Of a stretch of DNA of 48,356 bases, positions 37,801 to 45,454 are shown piece after piece. Source of the stretch: Minisyncoccota bacterium (GTDB lineage: Bacteria > Patescibacteriota > Microgenomatia > PFEM01 > JAFGMK01); NCBI GenBank assembly GCA_016927565.1, contig JAFGMK010000023.1:1-48356 (forward strand). The letters are read 5' to 3'. The notes under the pieces were generated by a model, which worked only from the letters and a program-made list of their open reading frames with translations, was not told the origin of the DNA and searched no databases. The position numbers and the translations under genes are program-made. How positions within the stretch are numbered: position 1 is the first letter of the stretch; each line of letters begins with the position of its first letter.

Positions 37801-38165
37801 TTCACATGGTTGAGGATAAAATTCATGCCCGCTCGACTGGTCCTTACTCTTTAGTAACCCAACAACCCCTGGGGGGAAAAGCTCAAATGGGCGGCCAGCG
37901 ATTGGGAGAAATGGAAGTTTGGGCTCTGGAGGCCCATCGGGCGGCTCACACTCTTCAAGAAATGCTTACTTTCAAATCTGATGACGTCGTGGGCCGGGCT
38001 AAGACTTTTGAAGCGATTGTGAAAGGAACACCAGTTCCGGAGCCAACTGTGCCCGAATCGTTTAAAGTTTTGGTAAAAGAACTCAATAGCTTGGGATTGG
38101 AAATTATTCCGACCGGAATGGTTAAAAAAGAAATTAAAAAAGAAGGCGAAATAGAGGATTTATAA
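34833..38165 (+). CDS. rpoB: RNA polymerase beta subunit
   Basis: GTFVINGIER, DDIDHLSNRRVR, GDKLAGRHGNKG, HARSTGPYSLVTQQPLGG, GQRLGEMEVWALEA; ATG at 34833 preferred over TTG at 34800. Confidence 0.98.
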   Translation: MSLSDIPDIVKSRPAPKNGRISWGKSYQNLPQLDLVAIQKNSYRNFVEEGLGQLLKEISPVEDFTGKNWKLYFHQCLLGEPKYSPIEAMRKGVTYELPLRVKATLCNLRTGRENEKEVFLGNLPGMTERGTFVINGIERAVVNQLVRSPGVFFFGEIDKISGRTLYYGEVRPIRGSWLEFFVARNDVISVRVDRRRKFPMTILLRAFGLSDDEEILNIFPLGQEKERKYIIATLENDPTKNKEEALLEIYQKLRPGEPAILENAIGLVNSLFSDVRRYNLGKVGRYKINKRLGLTIPNVEKNWILTQKDLVSTLKYLIKLQAGEGEVDDIDHLSNRRVRCVGELVADVAFRPGLLRLERSIKERMSLVSTEETTTPTQLVNARPLSASLNNFFRTSQLSTILDQTNPLAEIDNLRRLTVMGPGGITKERASFSIRDINASQYGRVCPIRSPEGPNIGLVTYLALYARVNEYGFLETPYFRVIKQKQGAGIKMKVSREVVYLQADDEQNHYITLASIDLEEKDFVKDDWLPARFNGQFLEVPAEKVEFIDVAPVQVVGTSASLIPFLAHDEANRALMGTHMQCQAVPLIRPSSPVVGTGMEGMAASAMRRVLRARHAGKVVWVDAGKVVVEVDKKETATLMKEGIEEREDIIVDKGLETYFLKKFSRSAQSTCYSQKPLVVVGDRVKTGDLLIDGPACEKGELALGQNLLIAYCSLDGLGYEDAMIVSDRLVREDLLTSIYIEEYDTAVMETKLGPEELTRDIPNVSEQDLANLDKEGIIVVGSEVGPNDILVGKIAPKGETELTAEEKLLRAIFGEKAREVRDVSLRIPHGERGTVVEVQVLDRSQGDELEPGAIKQVIVKVAQLRKVTVGDKLAGRHGNKGVISRIVPAADMPYLKNGQPVDIIISPLSVLARMNLGQLLETHLGWAADRLGYKAAAPVFEKIPEEAIRAELEKAGLPPDGKITLYDGRTGEPLSQKTVVGINYILKLIHMVEDKIHARSTGPYSLVTQQPLGGKAQMGGQRLGEMEVWALEAHRAAHTLQEMLTFKSDDVVGRAKTFEAIVKGTPVPEPTVPESFKVLVKELNSLGLEIIPTGMVKKEIKKEGEIEDL

Positions 38166-38169
38166 AAAA

Positions 38170-41100
38170 ATGAGAGAACTTAAAGATCTGGTTGATTTTT
38201 CCGGCTTAAAAATTAAGTTGGCCTCCCCGGCGGTAATTAAAAGCTGGTCTTGGGGGGAAGTGACCAAGCCGGAAACAATTAATTACCGGACTCTCAAGCC
38301 TGAGAAGAGCGGCCTTTTTTCGGAAAGTATTTTTGGGCCAACCAAGGACTGGGAGTGTTATTGCGGGAAATATAAAAGAATCCGTTATCGGGGGATTGTC
38401 TGCGATAAGTGCGGGGTCGAAGTGACCCAGTCTAAAGTTCGTCGGGAAAGAATGGGCCACATTGCTCTAGCCTATCCGGTAGCCCATATTTGGTTTTTTA
38501 AAAAAGCGCCTTCGAAATTGTCGTTGCTTTTAAATCTTCCTCCTAAGGATTTGGAGATGGTGATTTACTTTGCTCAGTATTTAATTACTGAGGTTGATGA
38601 AAAAATGAGGAAGTCGGTTTTAAAGAGTTTGGTTGAGAGATTTAAAAAAAGGAAACAGGAACTTAAGGTAAGCTTTGAGAGAAAGCGTCGGGAATTAAAA
38701 AAAGAAGAAAAAAAAGAGAAAAAGGCAATTGATGAAAAAATCAAAAATAAAGAAAGAAGAATGCTGGCCTTAAAAGAGGCAGATTTGAAATATAAACAAA
38801 AATTGCAGAATGCCCGGGATGAGTTAATTTTAGAACAGGATAAAGTTGAAGAAATCCAAAAGGCGGTTTCTGATAAAGTAAGAGCTTTGCGAAAATTAGC
38901 CCTGCTTTCAGAAGACGAATATTTGAATCTGGCCGAGTATCAGGCCACCGGCTTTTTTAAATCCGGTATGGGAGCGGAAGTGCTTCTGGAAGTAATAAAA
39001 ACTTTGGATCTCGAAGAACTGATGATGAGTTTGAGAAAAGAGATTCAGGAGACCAAGGGAGCGCGCTATGTTAAGGCAACTAAACGTTTGAGAGTGGTTG
39101 AAGGGATCAGAAGGGCGGAAATTGATCCGGCTTGGATGATTTTGAGGATTTTGCCGGTTTTGCCACCGGATTTAAGGCCAATGGTTCAGCTGTCCGGAGG
39201 GCGCTTTGCAACCTCGGATTTAAATGATCTTTACCGCCGGGTGATTAATCGCAATAATCGTTTGAAGCATTTGATTGAAATCGGAGCTCCGGAAATTATT
39301 CTTCGGAATGAAAAAAGAATGCTCCAGGAAGCGGTTGATAGTTTAATTGATGCCAGCAAGGGTCTTAAAAGAAGGCGTCTCAGGCGTCAGCGTCAACCTC
39401 TCCGATCTTTATCGGACATGTTGAAAGGCAAACAAGGCAGGTTCCGTCAGAACCTTTTGGGGAAGAGGGTTGATTATTCCGGCCGATCGGTGATTGTGGT
39501 TGGTCCGGAGTTAAAGCTTAACCAATGCGGATTGCCTAAAGAAATGGCTCTGGAAATGTTTAAGCCCTTTGTTTTGAGAGAGCTGATTTTATCCGGAGTG
39601 GCCCCCAATGTTAAAAGTGCCAAAATTATCTTAGAAAAAAGACCTCCTGAAGTCTTTGATGTTTTAGATAAGGTGACGCGTGATCATCCGGTGCTTTTGA
39701 ACCGCGCGCCGACCTTGCATAAATTAGGAATTCAAGCCTTCTTTCCCCTTTTAATTGAAGGAAGCGCGATCCAGATCCATCCTTGTATTTGTTCCGGGTT
39801 TAACGCTGATTTTGACGGTGATCAGATGGCAGTTCATATCCCTTTGGGAGAAAAAGCCAAAGAAGAATCCATCAAGCTGATGAGTCCGGAAAACAATCTT
39901 CTGAAACCGGCTGACGGTTCACCAATTACAATTCCTAACAAGGAAATGGTTTTAGGGTGCTATTTTGTGACTTCCTTAAATCAGGAACTGCCGCTTTATC
40001 CTTCAATTTTCTTTGGCTCTGAAGAGGCTATTTTGGCTTTTAAGAGCGGGAGAATCGATCTCAGGCAAAGAATTAAGATTAAAGTGGCGGGCAAGATACT
40101 GGAAACTTCAGTCGGGCGGGTTATTTTCAATCAAATCTTGCCGAAAGAATTAGACTTCCTAAATGAAGAACTGAGAAAAAAGGGAATGCGGGATTTGGTA
40201 ATCAAGGCGTTCCGGCTTTGTCCGCGCGAAGCGGTGGTGAAGTTAATTGATGATCTAAAAGATATCGGTTTCTGGGGGGCAACTGTTTCCGGATTGTCGG
40301 TTGGGGTTTGGGATTGTCTGACTACCGATGAGAAAGAGTCAATTATCAATCAAGCCAACGAAAAGGTGGCGGAGATAGAAAGTAATTTTAATCGGGGCTT
40401 GGTGACTGACCAGGAACGCAAAAGGCTGATCCAGGATGTTTGGATGGAGACAACCGAGTCCTTGGCCGAGCTGACTTGGCAGCGTTTTGGCTCGGAAAAC
40501 AGTGTAAAGATAATTATTAATTCCGGTGGAACCAGGGCTTCGCGGGATCAGATTAAACAATTGTCGGCAATGAGGGGTCTGGTGCTTGATCCTTTGGGTA
40601 ATATCGTCGAGTTGCCGACAAAATCAAATTTCAGGGAGGGGCTTTCTGTTTTTGAATATGTCACTTCAGCTCGGGGGTCGAGAAAAGGTTTGACAGATAC
40701 GGCAATAAAAACTTCCGACGCCGGTTATTTAACCAGGCGCTTGGTTGATGTTGCCCATGAAGTAATTATCAGGGAGAAGGATTGTAAAACTGAAAGAGGG
40801 ATCAGAATTGGCAAAGATGGCCGGGGAACTCCCTTGGGGGCCAGAATTTTCGGTCGGGTTTTGGCTGAAGATGTTTTAGACGAGAAAAAGGAAAAACTTT
40901 TTGCTAAAGGTGAAGTGATTGACGAGGAGAAAATTGGAATTTTGAAAGAAAAAGGAATTTCGGAAGTAGTCGTCCGTTCCCCTTTAACCTGCCAGGCCCG
41001 TTATGGTTTGTGCGCGACTTGTTATGGTTGGGACCTTTCAGTCAGAAAGATGGTTGATTTGGGAAGTCCGGTGGGAGTAATTGCGGCTCAGTCTATCGGC

Positions 41101-41871
41101 GAACCCGGAACCCAGCTGACCTTAAGGACAAAACATTTTGGCGGGATTGTTGTTTCCGATGTAACCCAGGGCTTGCCTCGGGTAGAGGAAATCTTTGAGA
41201 TCAGGACTCCCAAAGTGCTTTCGCCGCTTTCTGAGATTGCAGGTAAGGTAGAAGTGATTGAAACAGAAGAAGGAATTAAGGTAAGGGTTAAGACAGTTGG
41301 CGTAAAACCGGTTGAGGAGAGAGAATATTTTATTCCGCCTTTGTCCACTCTGAGAGTTGAAGACGGCCAACTGATCGACATTGGAACCCAGCTTGCCTCA
41401 GGCTCACTGGATGTCAGGGGGATTCTTGAAGTGAAAGGTCTGCAAGAGGCCCAAAAATATCTGATCAAAGAGGTCCAGGCAGTTTATGAATCGCAGGGGA
41501 TTCCGATTGATGACCGCCACTTTGAGGTAATAGTCAGAAAAATGAGCGATAAGGTTCAAATTGAGACTGCCGGAAATACCGATTTTCTTCCGGGTGAATT
41601 GGTTAGCCAATTAAGCTTTGAAGAAGAAAATGAGCGGATTTTAGCTCAAGGCGGCGAGCCGGCCAGCGCCAGAGTAATTGTTTTGGGAATTACCCGGTCG
41701 GCGCTTTATACCGATTCCTGGCTTTCGGCGGCCTCTTTTGAAGAAACAACTAATGTCTTAACTGATGCCGCCTCTTTGGGACGGGAAGATAAATTGGTGG
41801 GTTTGAAGGAGAATGTAATTATCGGCCGTTTGATTCCGGTGACGGCCAAGAGAGCCAGAATTAAGAATTGA
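38170..41871 (+). CDS. rpoC: RNA polymerase beta-prime subunit
   Basis: Zn ribbon CYCGKY..CDKCG, NADFDGD, GYLTRRLVDV, AASFEET, LKENVIIG. Confidence 0.99.
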   Translation: MRELKDLVDFSGLKIKLASPAVIKSWSWGEVTKPETINYRTLKPEKSGLFSESIFGPTKDWECYCGKYKRIRYRGIVCDKCGVEVTQSKVRRERMGHIALAYPVAHIWFFKKAPSKLSLLLNLPPKDLEMVIYFAQYLITEVDEKMRKSVLKSLVERFKKRKQELKVSFERKRRELKKEEKKEKKAIDEKIKNKERRMLALKEADLKYKQKLQNARDELILEQDKVEEIQKAVSDKVRALRKLALLSEDEYLNLAEYQATGFFKSGMGAEVLLEVIKTLDLEELMMSLRKEIQETKGARYVKATKRLRVVEGIRRAEIDPAWMILRILPVLPPDLRPMVQLSGGRFATSDLNDLYRRVINRNNRLKHLIEIGAPEIILRNEKRMLQEAVDSLIDASKGLKRRRLRRQRQPLRSLSDMLKGKQGRFRQNLLGKRVDYSGRSVIVVGPELKLNQCGLPKEMALEMFKPFVLRELILSGVAPNVKSAKIILEKRPPEVFDVLDKVTRDHPVLLNRAPTLHKLGIQAFFPLLIEGSAIQIHPCICSGFNADFDGDQMAVHIPLGEKAKEESIKLMSPENNLLKPADGSPITIPNKEMVLGCYFVTSLNQELPLYPSIFFGSEEAILAFKSGRIDLRQRIKIKVAGKILETSVGRVIFNQILPKELDFLNEELRKKGMRDLVIKAFRLCPREAVVKLIDDLKDIGFWGATVSGLSVGVWDCLTTDEKESIINQANEKVAEIESNFNRGLVTDQERKRLIQDVWMETTESLAELTWQRFGSENSVKIIINSGGTRASRDQIKQLSAMRGLVLDPLGNIVELPTKSNFREGLSVFEYVTSARGSRKGLTDTAIKTSDAGYLTRRLVDVAHEVIIREKDCKTERGIRIGKDGRGTPLGARIFGRVLAEDVLDEKKEKLFAKGEVIDEEKIGILKEKGISEVVVRSPLTCQARYGLCATCYGWDLSVRKMVDLGSPVGVIAAQSIGEPGTQLTLRTKHFGGIVVSDVTQGLPRVEEIFEIRTPKVLSPLSEIAGKVEVIETEEGIKVRVKTVGVKPVEEREYFIPPLSTLRVEDGQLIDIGTQLASGSLDVRGILEVKGLQEAQKYLIKEVQAVYESQGIPIDDRHFEVIVRKMSDKVQIETAGNTDFLPGELVSQLSFEEENERILAQGGEPASARVIVLGITRSALYTDSWLSAASFEETTNVLTDAASLGREDKLVGLKENVIIGRLIPVTAKRARIKN

Positions 41872-41958
41872 GTTAGACTATTAAGGCCGATTTTGCTAAA
41901 ATAACAATTTACCTGCGCCAAATTTTGGTTTTTATATTTAATTTTTAATCTTGTTAAC

Positions 41959-42420
41959 GTGGCAACGATTTCTCAACTGATCCGAAAAGGACGAAAAAAA
42001 ATTAAAAAGAAGATTAAAGCTACAGCTTTGCGACGCTCTTTTAATAGCAAAGATCGGCGGATGGTTAAAACCGTTAATCCTTTCAAAAGAGGCGTAGTTT
42101 TACTGGTTAAAACAATGCCGCCCAAAAAACCAAATTCGGCTTTAAGAAAAGTGGCCCGGGTTAGACTTTCTAACAAACAAGAAATCACCGCTTATATTCC
42201 GGGCGAAGGTCATGATTTGGCTGAACATTCAATTGTGCTGGTTCGTTTTGGCCGGGTTAAAGATCTTCCGGGGGTAAAGTATCATATTATCAGGGGTAAG
42301 TATGATACCGGCGGCGTCGAGGGAAAGAAAAAGGCTCGGTCCCGATACGGAACCAAAAAGGCCGGAGCGGCGTCTCCGGCGGCAGAAGCTGTTCCGCCGG
42401 AACCGGCCATGCCGGCATAA
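41959..42420 (+). CDS. rpsL: 30S ribosomal protein S12
   Basis: [25 protein letters not shown]; Ala/Pro-rich C-terminal extension. Confidence 0.98.
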   Translation: MATISQLIRKGRKKIKKKIKATALRRSFNSKDRRMVKTVNPFKRGVVLLVKTMPPKKPNSALRKVARVRLSNKQEITAYIPGEGHDLAEHSIVLVRFGRVKDLPGVKYHIIRGKYDTGGVEGKKKARSRYGTKKAGAASPAAEAVPPEPAMPA

Positions 42421-42474
42421 TTCTTGATTTTGACTGATTTACCTGCTTATTGGCAGGGAGAAAAGTGAGGTAAT

Positions 42475-42954
42475 GTGCCCAGGAGCGGAAAGGTAAAAAA
42501 AAGACCGATTGCGTCTGATCCGATTTACAATCACCGGTTGGTAACCCGATTGATCAATCGGGTTATGCGGGGGGGGAAAAAGTCAATCGCCCAAAAGCAG
42601 GTTTATCAGGCTTTTGAAGAGGTTGAGAAGAAAACCGGCCGGCCGTCCTTGGAAATTTTTTTGCAGGCAATCGAAAATATTAAACCCAGCGTAGAAGTCC
42701 GTCCCCGGAGAATCGGAGGAGCGGCTTATCAAGTTCCCTTACCGGTTAGAGGAGACCGGCGGGAATCTTTGGCAATCCGCTGGTTGATTCAGGCAGCCCG
42801 ATCCAAATCTAATAAGGAGCATCATCATTTTTGGCTTAAATTGGCTTCTGAGATTATTGAAGCGGCTAAAGGCGAGGGAATAGCAATTCAAAAGAAAAAA
42901 GACATTCATCGTTTAGCGGAAGCTAATCGGGCTTTTGCCCACTTTCGTTGGTAA
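42475..42954 (+). CDS. rpsG: 30S ribosomal protein S7
   Basis: GKKSIA, VRPRRIGGAAYQVP, AEANRAFAHFRW. Confidence 0.98.
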   Translation: MPRSGKVKKRPIASDPIYNHRLVTRLINRVMRGGKKSIAQKQVYQAFEEVEKKTGRPSLEIFLQAIENIKPSVEVRPRRIGGAAYQVPLPVRGDRRESLAIRWLIQAARSKSNKEHHHFWLKLASEIIEAAKGEGIAIQKKKDIHRLAEANRAFAHFRW

Positions 42955-43013
42955 ATCAGCTTAAACCTTTCTCCTCTTGCATACAAGTTCAATTTTATGA
43001 TAAAAAATAATTA

Positions 43014-43772
43014 ATGAACAACCAAACAGATAATCCAGGTGATCCGAATAGTCAGACCCAGCTTCCCGGTTCCGGCCCTGCTTCTCAATCGGAACAGGTC
43101 GGATCATTGAGTTCCGGACCGAGTTTTCCTGCCGAAACGCCGGTTGCCCCCGGAATGGGCGTTTCGTCTGGACCAAGCCTTTCCTCTGATCGAATAGGTG
43201 TTAGCCAGAATCCGGCCGGGCCAACGATCAATCCGCCGCCGCCGCCAATTAATCATTATCCGTCTGGCGCCGGACCGGTAGCTGCTGCTCCTCCCCAATA
43301 TTCGCCGCCGCCGACAGTGGTTTCTCCCCCGCCGGCACCGGTGACATACCAGGCACCGGCGATGCCGACTATCATTTCACCCATGCCGCCGCCGACCCAA
43401 ACTGTAATTCAGGCCGGTCCGGCCGAAACGGCCAGTGAAATTCAACAGCGGATCGTTCAGGACGAACAGGTAAAAGAGGTTAAACGGGTTCGCCGGGGTT
43501 ATAAATTGGAGAATGCGGTTAATGTTCTTTTTGGGATGATCGAGGGAGCTCTGGCCTTAAGACTGATTTTTAAACTTTTGGGAGCTAAAGACAATAATCC
43601 TTTCATTGCTTTGCTTTATCAGTTTACCGGTATTTTCGCGACTCCGTTTGATGGTATTTTCGGCGGCAATCCCAGCTTCGGCCGGTTTGTCCTTGACATC
43701 GGTTCGGTTATCGGCATGGTTGTTTATGCTTTGATCGGTTTTGGCCTGCTGAGATTGGTGAAGGTTCTTTAG
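43014..43772 (+). CDS. Proline-rich N-terminus plus YggT-like membrane domain
   Basis: About 150 aa of P/S/A-rich low-complexity sequence, then LALRLIFKLLGA..NPFIALLYQFT..FATPFDGIF, a YggT-like C-terminus. Confidence 0.75.
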   Translation: MNNQTDNPGDPNSQTQLPGSGPASQSEQVGSLSSGPSFPAETPVAPGMGVSSGPSLSSDRIGVSQNPAGPTINPPPPPINHYPSGAGPVAAAPPQYSPPPTVVSPPPAPVTYQAPAMPTIISPMPPPTQTVIQAGPAETASEIQQRIVQDEQVKEVKRVRRGYKLENAVNVLFGMIEGALALRLIFKLLGAKDNNPFIALLYQFTGIFATPFDGIFGGNPSFGRFVLDIGSVIGMVVYALIGFGLLRLVKVL

Positions 43773-44166
43773 CTTCTGAGGAACTTTGTTCCAGGGATAG
43801 TTTTTTAGCTAGCATCCGGCCTTTTGCTTTAGTTAATTTGTTTCTTTTCCAAACCAGATCGGTTCCCTTTGGTGCTGGTAAAATTTGAATGTGGGCATGT
43901 TCAACCATCTTTCCCCAAACAATTGAAGCTACCCAGGAATTTTTAAAAAATTTTTGATAATGGCGGGCGATTTTGGCCGCTACTTTGAAAAACTCACCCG
44001 TCTGAGGAACATCCCAAACCCAACGGTAGTGTTTTTTAGTGATCACTTGGGTGTGGCCGGGGGTAAAATAGTTTATATCCAAAAAAGCCAAGTAGTTTTT
44101 ATCTTCGTAGATTTTAAAACAGGGCCGGCGGCCTTTGGCGATTTGGCAGAAAATGCATTTTTTCAT
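43708..44166 (-). CDS. HIT-family nucleotide-binding protein (HxHxQ variant)
   Basis: CIFCQI, AFLDI..TPGHTQVI, HAHIQILP. Confidence 0.9.
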   Translation of the reverse strand: MKKCIFCQIAKGRRPCFKIYEDKNYLAFLDINYFTPGHTQVITKKHYRWVWDVPQTGEFFKVAAKIARHYQKFFKNSWVASIVWGKMVEHAHIQILPAPKGTDLVWKRNKLTKAKGRMLAKKLSLEQSSSEAKEPSPISAGQNRSKHKQPCR

Positions 44167-44196
44167 CAGTTTAAGTTTACCATATTAATCTCTTCC

Positions 44197-44242
44197 GGTC
44201 CCGGACCATGGGTCCCGCCGATGGCGGGATCGGTCCGGGATC
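44197..44242. repeat. Extended GC-rich hairpin with a CCCGCC-nnn-GGCGGG core (family C)
   Basis: GGTCCCGGACC-ATG-GGTCCCGCC-GAT-GGCGGGATC-GGTCCGGGATC; the core recurs at 47426-47448. Confidence 0.7.
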
Positions 44243-44277
44243 GTGATCCTTCTAATCTTGCGGTATAATCAGGCTTA

Positions 44278-45348
44278 ATGAAAATTATCAAACTCACTCT
44301 AGCTAACTTGGAGAAAATTGCCAATTCGGCTCAAAAAGCGCTTCAGGCTGGTAATCTAATTGTTATTCCTTCTGACACGGCTTACGGTTTGGCCGCCCGG
44401 GCTGATTCTTCAAAAGCGGTCAGGAAAGTTTTGGATTTTAAAGGCCGCCTGCCGGATAAGGGAATTTCTGTTTTCTTGTCCGGTTTGGCAGCCGTTAAAA
44501 AATATGCTTTTATTTCCTCCGGCCAGCTTGAGGTTCTTCGGACTCTTTTGCCCGGGGCATTCACCCTCATTTTAGATTCGCGTCGGCTTTTGTCTTCCCT
44601 ACTGGAGCCGGCCGATAAGACTTTGGGAGTAAGAGTAATTAAACATGAGTTTGTTAGTCAGCTTCTCAAAAAAACCGGTTTTCCCTTTACCGCCACTTCC
44701 GCCAATCTGTCCGGGCGGGGACCGCATTATTCAATTCCGGCTTTTTTAAAGACTCTTTCAGACAGAAAAAAGAAGCAGTTAAGTCTGGTTATTGATGCGG
44801 GTCGGTTGCCGCGGCGGCCGGTTTCGACGGTCATCCGATTAACGAGTGAAAAGATAAAAGTTATTCGCCCCGGTCTTTTAAATCCCCGGCTGGTTTTAAA
44901 TCAAAGAACTAAAAACCCGATGGCTACAATCAAACTGGCGCAAAAAATTTACCAAGATTTTTTAGAAAAGAAATTAGCCTCTCGGGCGGTTGGCGTTATT
45001 CTGAGGGGCGGCTTGGGCAGCGGCAAAACTGTTTTCGCTCAAGGGATCGGTCGTTTATTTAATCGCCAGCTTTTTTCCCCGACTTTTGTTTTAATGGATG
45101 AGCACCCGATTAATCGAGGGAATTTAAGAAATATTTATCATTTGGATCTTTATCGGCTGGAAAATCCGGAAGAAATAAATGATTTGGATTTGACTCATTT
45201 TTTCCAGAAGGGTAATTTGCTGCTTTTTGAGTGGGGAGAAAAACTGGCCTCTTTTGGTGAATTTAAAAAAACCGGGGCGGCTTTTTACTGGCTTCAGATC
45301 GAAGCAAAGGGGGAAAATATCCGGGATTTTAAACTTTATCAGCTTTAA
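44278..45348 (+). CDS. tsaC-tsaE: TsaC (YrdC-type threonylcarbamoyl-AMP synthase) fused to TsaE ATPase
   Basis: N-half PSDTAYGLAA, KGR, TATSANLSG, STVI; C-half GGLGSGKT, SPTF, YHLDLYRL, EWGE; one continuous frame. Confidence 0.9.
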   Translation: MKIIKLTLANLEKIANSAQKALQAGNLIVIPSDTAYGLAARADSSKAVRKVLDFKGRLPDKGISVFLSGLAAVKKYAFISSGQLEVLRTLLPGAFTLILDSRRLLSSLLEPADKTLGVRVIKHEFVSQLLKKTGFPFTATSANLSGRGPHYSIPAFLKTLSDRKKKQLSLVIDAGRLPRRPVSTVIRLTSEKIKVIRPGLLNPRLVLNQRTKNPMATIKLAQKIYQDFLEKKLASRAVGVILRGGLGSGKTVFAQGIGRLFNRQLFSPTFVLMDEHPINRGNLRNIYHLDLYRLENPEEINDLDLTHFFQKGNLLLFEWGEKLASFGEFKKTGAAFYWLQIEAKGENIRDFKLYQL

Positions 45349-45361
45349 AAAAACACAAAGC

Positions 45362-45429
45362 AAACACCCCAGGGGTGTCTTTGATATTTCACCCCTGGGG
45401 TGAAACTTATATTACACCTTGAAGGTGAA
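45362..45429. repeat. Three-unit array of CACCYYnRRGGTG palindromes (family B)
   Basis: ACACCCCAGGGGTGT / TTCACCCCTGGGGTGAA / CACCTTGAAGGTG at 25-nt period. Confidence 0.75.
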
Positions 45430-45454
45430 TTAACAATCCAGGGCAAGCGAAAAC

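Noticed and set aside
34800-41921. Numerous short antisense or alternate-frame ORFs within rpoB/rpoC and other core genes
   Set aside because: Fully nested in conserved genes with no independent signals; expected shadows.
45362-45429. Mini CRISPR array
   Set aside because: Units are 13-19 bp palindromes with spacers of about 6-12 nt, only three units, and no cas genes; REP-like instead.
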